The notes below the pieces were generated by a model. That model had not been told where the DNA came from and did no database searches. It saw only the letters and a list, made by a program, of their open reading frames with translations. This document shows positions 36,900 through 46,639 of a stretch of 64,000 nucleotides of DNA, piece after piece. Every line of letters starts with the position of its first letter. Within the stretch, counting starts at the first letter, position 1. Source of the DNA: an uncultured Prevotella sp. (GTDB taxonomy: Bacteria; Bacteroidota; Bacteroidia; Bacteroidales; Bacteroidaceae); assembly GCA_964411005.1 (NCBI GenBank), contig CAYPJA010000008.1, positions 12,924 to 76,923 of the forward strand, read 5' to 3'. The position numbers and the translations under genes were made by a program.

Positions 36900-37841
36900 T
36901 TAGTTGTTCAGAGTGCCCGTGTTGACTACGGGCTGGGCGGTATCGTCACCGCAGAGCACTACCATGAGGTTTGACACCATGGCGGCCTTCTTGTCGTCAT
37001 CGAGTTCCACCACCTGTTCGTCAGCCAGTTTTTCGAGAGCCATTTTCACCATGCTTACTGCGCCTTCTACTATCTTCTCGCGGGCAGCAATGATGGCCGT
37101 AGCCTGTTGGCGGCGAAGCATTACGGCTGCTATTTCGGGTGCATAGGCTAAGTAGTTGATGCGGGCCTCCACGATTTCGATGCCCGCCATGTCGAGCCGG
37201 TCGTCGAGTGTCTTTTCCAGCATTTTGTTGATTTCCTCACCGCCGCCGCGCAGTGTCAGTTCATCGGGATACTCGTTATTGTCGTAGGCATAGAGCCCAG
37301 CTACTTGGCGCAGAGCCGCGTCGCTTTGTATCTTGACAAAGTTCTCAAAGGCACGCATGATGTTGTTCACATTGCCACCGACGGTTGCCATGTTGCTGGC
37401 CATGGTCTGTGCGTCAATCTCGAACATCGCCTTGTAAGTATCTTTGAGACGCCACACCAAGACTACGCCGATCATGACCGGATTACCGATCTTGTCGTTT
37501 ACCTTGATAGGCTCGGCATCGAGATTTCGGGCTCGCATTGAGAGGCGTTTGGCCTTGATGAGCGGATTCACCCAGTGGAAGCCTACCTCTTTATAGGTGC
37601 CACGATACTTGCCGAAGAACATCATTACGCGGGCCTCGTTGGGCTCCAGCTGCACATATCCGCCGATGCAGAAGGCGGCCACGGCCTCGATGAGCGAGCC
37701 GGCTACGCCTGCGCTCACAATCGATTCGTTTGCTCCCAGCGCGATTAGACAGGCACCAACGGCGAAAAGCACAATGTTGATGGTCAATGCAAGAAATCCG
37801 TTCATGACGAATCCTTGAAACTTAAACTCTTTACTCTCCAT
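36900..37841 (-). CDS. SPFH (band 7/stomatin-like) domain protein
   Basis: Two TMs, FGKY.GT, KVND..GNP, LAYAPEIA..MLRRQQA, MVSNL.VVLC. Confidence 0.92.
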   Translation of the reverse strand: MESKEFKFQGFVMNGFLALTINIVLFAVGACLIALGANESIVSAGVAGSLIEAVAAFCIGGYVQLEPNEARVMMFFGKYRGTYKEVGFHWVNPLIKAKRLSMRARNLDAEPIKVNDKIGNPVMIGVVLVWRLKDTYKAMFEIDAQTMASNMATVGGNVNNIMRAFENFVKIQSDAALRQVAGLYAYDNNEYPDELTLRGGGEEINKMLEKTLDDRLDMAGIEIVEARINYLAYAPEIAAVMLRRQQATAIIAAREKIVEGAVSMVKMALEKLADEQVVELDDDKKAAMVSNLMVVLCGDDTAQPVVNTGTLNN

Positions 37842-37870
37842 ATAGGTTGATATTAATGGTTATCGTTTTG

Positions 37871-37885
37871 ATATCATTTTGATAT
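37871..37885. promoter_or_regulatory. Putative operator for the RHH protein (ATATCA-N3-TGATAT)
   Basis: Perfect palindrome next to the -7-like element of the SPFH operon. Confidence 0.55.
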
Positions 37886-38007
37886 TGCAAAGTACGGAAA
37901 AAGAAATGAGATAATCAAGTTTTTGGACGACGATTTAACAACATTTAAGTTGTAAATGAGGTGTGGAGGTGGGGCGGTTTCGCTCGTTTTGCACTACCTT
38001 TGCACTC

Positions 38008-39114
38008 ATGAACATGGATATTTTGAAGCAAAAGCGCATCGCTGTGTTGCTTTCGGGCGGTGTCGACAGTAGCGTCGTCGTCTACGAATTAGCACGGCAG
38101 GGGCTGCATCCCGACTGTTTCTACATCAAGATCGGTCCCGAGGAAAAGGAAGAATGGGACTGCAATTCGGAGGAAGACATGGAGATGGCCACAGCTGTGG
38201 CAGCCAGGTATGGCTGCCGCTTGCAGGTTGTCGACTGTCACCATGAATACTGGAGCCAAGTGACGCGCTACACCATGGAGAAGGTGAGGGCGGGCTATAC
38301 GCCCAATCCCGATGTGATGTGTAATCGGCTGATCAAGTTTGGTGCCTTTGATGAGAAGATGGGGCACAGCTACGATCTCATTGCGACGGGCCATTATGCT
38401 CAGACCGAGTGGATTGACGACCGCAAATGGCTTACCACAAGCCCTGATCCCGTGAAGGACCAGACTGACTTTTTGGCTCAAATCTTTCAGTGGCAGCTCA
38501 AGAAGGCTCTTTTTCCCATTGGTCATTATAGGAAGGAAGAGGTGCGAGCCATCGCCGAGCGCGAGCACCTCATCAATGCTCGGCGTAAGGATTCGCAGGG
38601 CATCTGCTTCTTAGGCAACATTGATTACAACGAATATGTGCGTCGCTATCTCGGCGAGCAGTCAGGTGACATCGTTGAAATAGAGACAGGCCGTAAGATC
38701 GGCGAGCACAAGGGACTGTGGTTTCACACCATTGGTCAGCGCAAAGGGCTCGGCCTCGGCGGTGGTCCGTGGTTTGTCATCCGCAAGGACGTGGCCCGCA
38801 ACATCCTTTACGTCAGCCATGGTTACGACCCGCAGGATGCCTACAAGTCTGATTTTCCCATCCATGCCTTCGATTTTCTTACTGAGGGCGTCACCGACTT
38901 GCCTCATCGGGTCACCTTCAAGATTCGGCACACGCCCGAGTTCCATGCTGCCACCGTAGAGCGTAAGGCTGGCGGAGCCTATTTGGTTCATTCCGACACA
39001 CCCATCCACGGTGTCGCGCCCGGCCAGTTCTGTGTGGTCTATGACGAACAGCACCACAAATGTTATGGCTCGGGAGAGATAACCAGTTCGCTCCCCGGAC
39101 AGGAGGAGCCTTGA
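38008..39114 (+). CDS. mnmA: tRNA 2-thiouridine(34) synthase
   Basis: SGGVDSSV, TPNPDVMCN, ATGHYA, KDQT, DSQGICF, HTIGQR, PGQ motifs. Confidence 0.95.
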   Translation: MNMDILKQKRIAVLLSGGVDSSVVVYELARQGLHPDCFYIKIGPEEKEEWDCNSEEDMEMATAVAARYGCRLQVVDCHHEYWSQVTRYTMEKVRAGYTPNPDVMCNRLIKFGAFDEKMGHSYDLIATGHYAQTEWIDDRKWLTTSPDPVKDQTDFLAQIFQWQLKKALFPIGHYRKEEVRAIAEREHLINARRKDSQGICFLGNIDYNEYVRRYLGEQSGDIVEIETGRKIGEHKGLWFHTIGQRKGLGLGGGPWFVIRKDVARNILYVSHGYDPQDAYKSDFPIHAFDFLTEGVTDLPHRVTFKIRHTPEFHAATVERKAGGAYLVHSDTPIHGVAPGQFCVVYDEQHHKCYGSGEITSSLPGQEEP

Positions 39115-39308
39115 CCGAAATCGTGCGTGGCAGGGGAAGTTGAGGTGGGGACGTAGTCTGTTAAAGTGATTGTACACTCTCTACACGCAGCTTTGTAAGA
39201 GGCTGCGTTATGATCATATTTATGTTTAATTAGTAAAGGGTGGATTCGCAGTAATGCGAGTCCACCCTTGTTATATAGTAGGGGATGGGCACAAGTCCCA
39301 CCTCTGTT

Positions 39309-40484
39309 TCAAAGTTGTTTGACAGCCCTCTCCAGTTTCTCCAATGCCTGTCGGATGTAGTCGCGTGGACTGCCGACGTTGAGGCGCATGAAGCCCTCGC
39401 CGCCGGGGCCGAACATCTCGCCGTCGTTGAGGGCGAGGTGCGCCTTGTCGATGAAGAGTTCGAGCAGGTCATCGTGGCTGAGACCGAGTGCGCGGCAGTC
39501 GAGCCAGATCAGGAACGAAGCCTGTGGCCGGACGGGCCGTATCTGCGGCATATGTTCGCGGCAGAAGTCCTCCACGAAGCGTATGTTGTCCTCTACATAG
39601 GCCAGCATCTGCCTGCGCCACTGCTCACCATGGCGGAAAGCTGCGATGGTGGCGATGTGGGCGAAGATGTGGGCCTCGTCGAGTTCGTTGGCTTTCAGCC
39701 AGCCGAAGAATCTTTCGCGCAGTTCGGGATTGGGCACGATGGCGTGGCTGGAGATGATTCCTGCAATGTTGAAGGTCTTGGTCGGAGCCTGCATGGTGAT
39801 GCTGATGGCGGCTGCCTTGTCGCTGACGCTGGCAAAGGGGATGTGTTTGTGGCCGAAGAGAGACATGTCACAATGAATCTCATCGCTGATGACGAGCAGG
39901 TGATGATCGTAACAAAAGTCAGCGAGCCGCACAAGTGTGTCGCGGTCCCAACAGATACCGCCGGGGTTGTGGGGATTGCAGAGGATGAGTAGGCGACACC
40001 GGTCGTCGCAGACCTGCTGCAAGTTGTTGAAGTCAATGTCATAGAGGCCGTCGTCGCGTCGTTTGAGTGGGCTCCATACCACTTCGCGATGGTTGGCCCG
40101 TGGGGTGAGGAAGAAAGGATGATAGACGGGGGGCATGACGATGACTTTCTCGTCAGGCTTCACAAAGAGATTGCTGATGATGCCGATGCCCTTGACAATG
40201 CCGGGGATGAACGAGATCCATTCGGGCTTGACCTCCCACTGGTGGTGGCTGCGAATCCAGTCTATGATGGCTGGGCGGTAGTCGGTCGGCTCGACAGTAT
40301 AGCCGAGGATGGGGTGGTCGAGACGGCGGCGTAGGGCATCGATGATGTCGGGGCAGACGGCGAAGTCCATATCGGCTACCCACAGGGGTTGCAGGTCATC
40401 GCGTCCCCAGCGCGGCAGCAGAGCCTCGTGCATGAGGTCACCGGAGCCGCGGCGGTCGATGATGGTGGAGAAATCGTAGTTCAT
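39309..40484 (-). CDS. MalY/PatB-family cystathionine beta-lyase
   Basis: LWVADMDF, LCNPHNP, SDEIH, PTKTFN, RLN motifs. Confidence 0.92.
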   Translation of the reverse strand: MNYDFSTIIDRRGSGDLMHEALLPRWGRDDLQPLWVADMDFAVCPDIIDALRRRLDHPILGYTVEPTDYRPAIIDWIRSHHQWEVKPEWISFIPGIVKGIGIISNLFVKPDEKVIVMPPVYHPFFLTPRANHREVVWSPLKRRDDGLYDIDFNNLQQVCDDRCRLLILCNPHNPGGICWDRDTLVRLADFCYDHHLLVISDEIHCDMSLFGHKHIPFASVSDKAAAISITMQAPTKTFNIAGIISSHAIVPNPELRERFFGWLKANELDEAHIFAHIATIAAFRHGEQWRRQMLAYVEDNIRFVEDFCREHMPQIRPVRPQASFLIWLDCRALGLSHDDLLELFIDKAHLALNDGEMFGPGGEGFMRLNVGSPRDYIRQALEKLERAVKQL

Positions 40485-41656
40485 GATTGCAGGGCTTGTT
40501 TGATGTCCTCGAAGAGGTCGTCGGCATCTTCCAGGCCAATGGAGAGGCGGATGGTGGTGTCGAGCACGTCCATGGCCCGCTTCTTCTCGTCGGTGAAGTT
40601 GCCGAAGATGGTTGAGGCGGGGTGTATGGCGAGGGTACGGTTGTCGAAGAGATTGGTGGCACGGTGGATGAGCTTCAGCCTGTCAATGAAGCGGAAGCAT
40701 GTTTCCCGGCTGTCGAGCTCAAAGCAGACCATGGCACCGGCGGTGGGACCGAATTGCCTCTGTGCGAGCGCATGATAGCGGTTGTCGTTGAGGCCGACAT
40801 AATTGACGCTTTTGATCTGCGGTAGTGTCTGCATGCGGCGCGCCAGCGTGAGGGCATTGCCGCTCTGCACGCGGTAGCGCGCATTGAGATTCTCCAGGCC
40901 GAGCGTCTGCATGTAAGCTACCTGCGGCGTCATGTAGGCTCCGAAGTTGAACAACATCTCCAGTTTCATGGTTCGGGTGAAGTCCGGCGTGGTGCCATAG
41001 TCGATGACGAGTCCGCCGAGTGATGTGGCGCCTCCGCTGATATATTTTGTACTGGAGACCACCTCGATGTCGACTCCCAGGTCGTGCGAGCAGAACTCGG
41101 TGAAGGGAATGGCGGTGGTGTCAGCGACGAGTGGGATGTGGCGGGCGTGGGCCACCTCGGCGAGGGCACTGAGGTCAGCCACTTCCATCTGCGGATTGGT
41201 GACTATCTCGAGAAAGATGCAGCAGGTGTTGTCGTCGACGGCCTGCTGCACCGCTTCTATGCAGGTGAGGTCGCAGAGACGGGGCTCAACCCCGAATTTG
41301 CGGAGCGACGAGTCGAGCAGCGAGAAAGTGTTTCCGAAGAGGTGGCGCGAGGTGACGATGTTCTTGCCTTGTGCGGCCAGTGTAAGCATGGTGTTGCTGA
41401 TGGCGGCCATGCCGCTGTTGAGAGCCGTCACTGAGTGGGCACCGGTGAGCGCCTTGATGCGCTCTTCCAGGTTGCGCACGGTGGGGTTGTCGCAACGTGA
41501 ATAGTCGGGCGCGTCTATCTTATTGGTGAAAGCATCGGCCATCGCCTGCGCGTTGTCGAACTCGTAGGCCACAGCGTTGTAGACGGGCATGCTAAGTGCG
41601 TCGTAGGCATCGCGGCGTACATAAGGAAGATGGATGGTTTGTGTTTGTTTTTTCAT
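40481..41656 (-). CDS. Cys/Met metabolism PLP enzyme (O-acylhomoserine sulfhydrylase-like)
   Basis: YSR..NPT, SGMAAI, VADTT, SSTKYISG, IHPASTI, RLSIGLE motifs. Confidence 0.9.
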   Translation of the reverse strand: MKKQTQTIHLPYVRRDAYDALSMPVYNAVAYEFDNAQAMADAFTNKIDAPDYSRCDNPTVRNLEERIKALTGAHSVTALNSGMAAISNTMLTLAAQGKNIVTSRHLFGNTFSLLDSSLRKFGVEPRLCDLTCIEAVQQAVDDNTCCIFLEIVTNPQMEVADLSALAEVAHARHIPLVADTTAIPFTEFCSHDLGVDIEVVSSTKYISGGATSLGGLVIDYGTTPDFTRTMKLEMLFNFGAYMTPQVAYMQTLGLENLNARYRVQSGNALTLARRMQTLPQIKSVNYVGLNDNRYHALAQRQFGPTAGAMVCFELDSRETCFRFIDRLKLIHRATNLFDNRTLAIHPASTIFGNFTDEKKRAMDVLDTTIRLSIGLEDADDLFEDIKQALQS

Positions 41657-41676
41657 TGTTGTTGTGTTTGTATTTT

Positions 41677-44520
41677 TCAGTACCATTGCACAGCGTTGCT
41701 GTAGCCGCTTCGTTTGTCATATTTGAGCGCGTCTGTAAGCGTCGAGGCGTTGCAGCGGAACGTGAAGTTGTAGCTGGTGTAAGGCGCAAGCACGACGGAG
41801 CAACTCATGTTGAAGCAGTGGAGGTCGCGTTGCAGTGAGGCCGTGGTCATGGAGATGTCGTGGTTCTCGAAGTCGTAGCCACTTGAGAAAGCGATGTTCC
41901 ATCCGTCGGAGATGCGTATGTTTCCGCTGACATTGAGAGTCTGTGTGTACTTGTAGGGGTAGCGCATGCGCTTGTAGTTGAATTTTCCGCCCGTGTTCTC
42001 GCGCATGGTAATACCATAGCCGAAGGTGAGCGACCACGGCATGGAGAAGCGCATGTAGCCGTCTTCGTCAGTCTCAGCCTTTCCGGAGCCCTTCTTTTTC
42101 TTGGCGCCGCGCTGTCCTTCAATCATGTCATCGTCGACATTGCTTTCGATGTTGGTGTCAATGCCCTCGTCGTTGTTGGCGGTAGCGTCGTCGTCATTGT
42201 TTCCACCGCCGAAGAGCTTGAGAATCTTGTCGGGTGTGAGCGTGAACGAGAAGTTCTGACTCATACCCTGGAAACGTCCAAAGCGTCCGCGGCCCCACTC
42301 GGTGTGATCGCCTACGTAGGGACGTCCGTTTTCATCGAGTTCGTAGGCATAGGTAGCGAAGACGGCGTTCATGTTGAACGTGTAGTGCTTCCACCATTTC
42401 AGTCGGATGCGCATCGAGAGGTCGCTCCAACGGTGGCGCGAGGCCGCGAGGTTGTAGCTCATGCTGGCACCGAGCTCGTCAATGATGGATATTTTCTTGA
42501 TGCCGGCCGAGTCGTTGTCGGTCTTGACCTTCATCTCAATGTTGTTGCTCACATCCCACGAGATGCTGCCCGTCTTGCCCCGGCCGGGCACGCTGTAGAG
42601 CGCGTTGCGGTAAGGCGAGTATTCTACGAGCGAGACGTTTCCGTCGGCGTCTGTCTTTTGGTATGTCTCATAGTAGCGGTTGCCGAAGTCGGGCGCGTAA
42701 GAGAAACTCATTGTGGGCGTGATGACGTGACGGATGGCCTGTATCTTGTCACCGAAGAGCTTGCGGTTGGGCACCCAAAAGCCATAGACCTTGGTTGAGG
42801 CCGAAAGAGCGAGGTTCCAGTTGTAGACGTTGTAGAAGCCATACGTGGTGTCGGCCACCTCACGCTGCGTGTCCTCATCCCACGACACTGACTCCTTGTG
42901 TGAGTACATGCGGTCGGTGAAGTTGAAACTTGGTGTGACGTTGATATAGTTGAGCAGCGTGAAACTGGCGTTGACGGGTATGGTGTGCTGCATGCCGTTG
43001 CGCCACTCCTTGATGAGGTTGGCGTGGAGGATGTGGTCTTCGGTGGTTGATATGGAGTTGGAGAGATGCCCAGTGTAGCTCATCGATATTTTCTCAGACC
43101 AGCGCTCCGTGCCTGCGGCGTGTCTGCGGCGGAAGGGATAGAAACGTGCGACGGAGATGTTGAGGTCGGGCAGCGTCATGGCGATGGTAGAGTCGCGCAT
43201 GTTCTGTGCCAGGTTGGCCGTGGAGCTCAGCGTCATGCCGATGCTGGAGAAGGTGGTGCTCCAACTCACGGAGGAGGTGCGCGTCGATTGGGTCATCGAC
43301 TGCGGGTTGTACATGCTTGTGAGGTTGTTGCGCTCATAGCTGGAGGTGGCAAAGTTGACGCTTGCCGAGAGTGTCGAGTAAGGGTTTGCCTTGCTGTCCT
43401 GTCGGTGGCTCCACTGTATCTTGAAACTCTCCTGCTCGGCAAAGTCGGGCATGCCCTTGTCGCCGGTCTTTGTGTCCTGATAGCTGAAATAGAAACTGCC
43501 ACTGTAGCGGTAGCGGCGGCGGTAGTTGCTGGCCGCTGAGAATCCCCACGATCCTTTGGTGTAGATCTCGCCCAACAGCTTGAGGTCCCACTTGTCGCTC
43601 ATGGCGAAATAGTAGCCGCCATCGCGCAGATAGAATCCGCGGTCTGACTCGTCACCGTAGCTGGGCATGATGAATCCCGACGAATAGCTCTTTGTGAATG
43701 GGAAAAAGCCGTAGGGAATGGCAAGGGGCAATGGCACGTCGGCCACCACGAGATAGGCTGGTCCGAAGACGACATCCTTGCCCGGGCGCACCTTGGCGCG
43801 GCTCAAAGCGATGTAGAAGTCGGGGTGAGGCGCGTCACAGGTGGTGTAACGGCCGTGCTGTAGATAGATGACACCATCGTCGAGGCGCTTCGACCGCTGG
43901 CTGGTGAGGAATCCCTCCTGCTGCACGGTCTTGACGTTGCTGATGAGACCTTTCTTCGACTTGAAGTTGTAGGCCATGGTGTCGCTCTCATATTCGTCGT
44001 TGCCGAGCTTGAAGACCGGCGTGCCCGTGAGTTCCCGCGTCGCCGTATCGATGGCGCCGGTGGCGTGCACGAGGCTGGAGTCGAGATTCATATAGATTTT
44101 CTCGCTCGTGAGATCCATGTTCTCATATTTGACATTCGACGCTCCGTAGAGGTGTGCTGTCTTGCTTCCGGCGTCATAGACGAGCGAGTCGTTGGCGGTG
44201 TAGTTGACAGGCGCGTCAATGCCACTCTTCCGTTGTCGGTTGAGTGAGTCGAGACGTATGGAGTCGTCGATGGCCTTGTTGTGGTTCCAGATGGCACGTG
44301 CCAGCGAGTCCATCTGTATAGTGTCGGCAGGCATTGTGTCCGCACTGTCGGCATCGGCGTCTGTGAGAGCCGCTGTGGAATCGTGGCGCACCGTGTCTTT
44401 CGTCACCACGGTGTCGTTGGAGGGCATTGCCGGAAGCCCCGGTCGCAGCATGGAGACGCCTGCGGCCCAGGAGAAGGCAATGACACAAAGGAACGATATG
44501 ACGAAAAGTTTTCTTCCCAT
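41677..44520 (-). CDS. lptD: Putative LPS assembly protein LptD (Bacteroidota type)
   Basis: Y.A.DS, YTTCD.PHP.FY, GGYYF, RDLHC motifs and a large barrel. Confidence 0.82.
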   Translation of the reverse strand: MGRKLFVISFLCVIAFSWAAGVSMLRPGLPAMPSNDTVVTKDTVRHDSTAALTDADADSADTMPADTIQMDSLARAIWNHNKAIDDSIRLDSLNRQRKSGIDAPVNYTANDSLVYDAGSKTAHLYGASNVKYENMDLTSEKIYMNLDSSLVHATGAIDTATRELTGTPVFKLGNDEYESDTMAYNFKSKKGLISNVKTVQQEGFLTSQRSKRLDDGVIYLQHGRYTTCDAPHPDFYIALSRAKVRPGKDVVFGPAYLVVADVPLPLAIPYGFFPFTKSYSSGFIMPSYGDESDRGFYLRDGGYYFAMSDKWDLKLLGEIYTKGSWGFSAASNYRRRYRYSGSFYFSYQDTKTGDKGMPDFAEQESFKIQWSHRQDSKANPYSTLSASVNFATSSYERNNLTSMYNPQSMTQSTRTSSVSWSTTFSSIGMTLSSTANLAQNMRDSTIAMTLPDLNISVARFYPFRRRHAAGTERWSEKISMSYTGHLSNSISTTEDHILHANLIKEWRNGMQHTIPVNASFTLLNYINVTPSFNFTDRMYSHKESVSWDEDTQREVADTTYGFYNVYNWNLALSASTKVYGFWVPNRKLFGDKIQAIRHVITPTMSFSYAPDFGNRYYETYQKTDADGNVSLVEYSPYRNALYSVPGRGKTGSISWDVSNNIEMKVKTDNDSAGIKKISIIDELGASMSYNLAASRHRWSDLSMRIRLKWWKHYTFNMNAVFATYAYELDENGRPYVGDHTEWGRGRFGRFQGMSQNFSFTLTPDKILKLFGGGNNDDDATANNDEGIDTNIESNVDDDMIEGQRGAKKKKGSGKAETDEDGYMRFSMPWSLTFGYGITMRENTGGKFNYKRMRYPYKYTQTLNVSGNIRISDGWNIAFSSGYDFENHDISMTTASLQRDLHCFNMSCSVVLAPYTSYNFTFRCNASTLTDALKYDKRSGYSNAVQWY

Positions 44521-44607
44521 GAATGTGCAAAATTAAACAATTAAAGCGAGAGAACCGTGCGTTTGTGGTATTTTAACGTTGGAAAAGACAGTCTCAGTCT
44601 ATGGCTT

Positions 44608-45795
44608 TCATTGTTTTTGCTGTGCTTTGACACGCCATCCGTGCATGTAAATGTGGTGCCGCTTGTGGCGGGGCGTGCGCACGAACTCGCTTACGTCCTC
44701 AACCTTTACCACGACCGTGTGTGCCCGTTTGGGGCTGAGTGTCCTGCTGCCGAGGCTGATGGCCAGCGTGTCGCGCGCAACCTCCCGACCGTCTACATAC
44801 CAACTGATGGCTGTTTGCCCACCATGGGCACGCAGCAACCGCGTTAGTTGGAAGTGCTGTGTCTCGCCGCCGGTCAGTGCAGGCAATTCGATGGCGGCCG
44901 GTTCGGTGGTCTCTATCGGATTGACAAGTTCGTGGATGCGCTCCACCAGAGCCTCACGGCATACGGGACAAAACTCCTTGCCCAGATACTGCATCTTGCA
45001 GTAGGCCGACTCGGGGGTGCCCTCGGTGGGCTTGTACCAGCCTTCGGGATGGCCTGCGCCGTGATGAGGATAGACTCCCACCTCCTTGTCGTCGAACCAG
45101 CGGCGCCATTTCACCTTCTTGCGGTTGCTCTGATGGGTCATGTTGGGGTATTCGCCACGATAGACATCGCCGGCATAATATTCGTCGGCGAGACCGGCGA
45201 GCGAATGGGCGAGCTCGTGCACGAACACCTCGTTGCTCTCCTCGTTGCACGTGGCCAGCAGAATCTCGCCGCCCGCACCGCCATATTCGTCGCTGTTGGC
45301 GATGATGCCCACCTGCTGATGGCCTGGGCAGAGGCTGTCGACGATGGCCCACAGTCCCTTACTGTTGCGGCAGTCCATCAAGCGGTGCATGCCATAGGTG
45401 TCGAGTTGTAACCGGAAGTAGGTGTCGCGGTGCTGCAGGGGCATCTTGCTGTGTTCGGGGCAAGCTCGTGTGCTGTCTGGCAGGAGTCGGCCGGGATGGG
45501 TAAGCCCCGATTCCTTCGACTCTACATGCACGGCGTAGAGATTGAAGAAGTCACGGTAGCGGTCGAAGGGCGATACCTGAAACATGTAGTCGAAGCAGCG
45601 GCGTGCGTCGGCGGTGAACTTGTTTTGTTCCGCAGTCGTATAGCCGTCGCCGAGCAATACGAAGTTGATGGCGTTTCGCCCATTATATAATAAGGTGTCA
45701 ACGGTAATCTTTCCTTGCGCCCGTGTGAGCGCAGGCAGACATAAAAGCATCGTTGCCGCCAGCAGGATTCTATTGGTGATTCCTTTACGATTCAT
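44608..45795 (-). CDS. M64-family metallopeptidase
   Basis: LGDGYT..E..KF, YGGAG, HELAHS.AGLADEY, C.M......FCPVC motifs. Confidence 0.88.
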   Translation of the reverse strand: MNRKGITNRILLAATMLLCLPALTRAQGKITVDTLLYNGRNAINFVLLGDGYTTAEQNKFTADARRCFDYMFQVSPFDRYRDFFNLYAVHVESKESGLTHPGRLLPDSTRACPEHSKMPLQHRDTYFRLQLDTYGMHRLMDCRNSKGLWAIVDSLCPGHQQVGIIANSDEYGGAGGEILLATCNEESNEVFVHELAHSLAGLADEYYAGDVYRGEYPNMTHQSNRKKVKWRRWFDDKEVGVYPHHGAGHPEGWYKPTEGTPESAYCKMQYLGKEFCPVCREALVERIHELVNPIETTEPAAIELPALTGGETQHFQLTRLLRAHGGQTAISWYVDGREVARDTLAISLGSRTLSPKRAHTVVVKVEDVSEFVRTPRHKRHHIYMHGWRVKAQQKQ

Positions 45796-45803
45796 ATTCT
45801 TGT

Positions 45804-46409
45804 TTAGTCTTCAAATGTCCTGTGCCACTCCATAAACCGTTTCAAGCCTTCCTGGCCGAATTTGGCCAGGCTGCGTTCGGCCTGCTCCAATGTCTTCTCG
45901 CGGTCGGGATGGGTTTTCGAGTAGAACTTGTCGGCATAGCAGATGACCTTCTCTTCCCATGTTTCGGGCTGGAAGTCGCGGTGGGGGAGTGGGAGATTTT
46001 GTCGCTCAATATCGTCTCGCGTCAGTCCGGCTCCCGTGTGCCGCTCGCAGACGCGTGCATAGGGATCCATCGCCTCGGCGCTGATGCCGTGTGTGGCGGC
46101 ATAGTCGCGCAGCATCTCTGCGCCCACCCGTCCATGGCAAATGTAAGGCTTGGTGCCAAAACACATAATGCCCGGTGCCGAGCACCCAATGATGCCGATG
46201 TCGTGGAGCATGGCTGCCTCCCACACGAAGCGCCGGTTCATGCCCAGCTCGGGACGGGCGTCACAGATGCCGACGGCTCGTCGGGCCACCAGCGTAGAGT
46301 GGATTAACAAAATATCCCGAAGGGATTTCTTGTCTGTCGCCTCTGTCGGGAGTGACCGGGAAGAACTCTCTTCGGGATAGTAATGGTTGATGATATGCTC
46401 GTAGTCCAT
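45804..46409 (-). CDS. HD-domain phosphohydrolase
   Basis: HS..V, LHDIG, H...G, ERHTG, ADKFYSK motifs. Confidence 0.9.
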   Translation of the reverse strand: MDYEHIINHYYPEESSSRSLPTEATDKKSLRDILLIHSTLVARRAVGICDARPELGMNRRFVWEAAMLHDIGIIGCSAPGIMCFGTKPYICHGRVGAEMLRDYAATHGISAEAMDPYARVCERHTGAGLTRDDIERQNLPLPHRDFQPETWEEKVICYADKFYSKTHPDREKTLEQAERSLAKFGQEGLKRFMEWHRTFED

Positions 46410-46639
46410 ATCCTTTTGGATCGTTAGCGGCCTGCCTCTGATAAATTATGATTTATCTTGCCTCCCCCTCACTTGGACGTATACGCCTCTTTCATGTGGA
46501 TGCCGGGCAAGCCACACTGCCCGGCATCTTTGGGAAAGTTGTCTTCAGCCATGTTTTGGGTATGACACATCGTTAAAGACAGCTGGAAGAGTCGGCAAGA
46601 ATAATCTTAATCAGCGATTACATGCCGCCAATCATTGAC

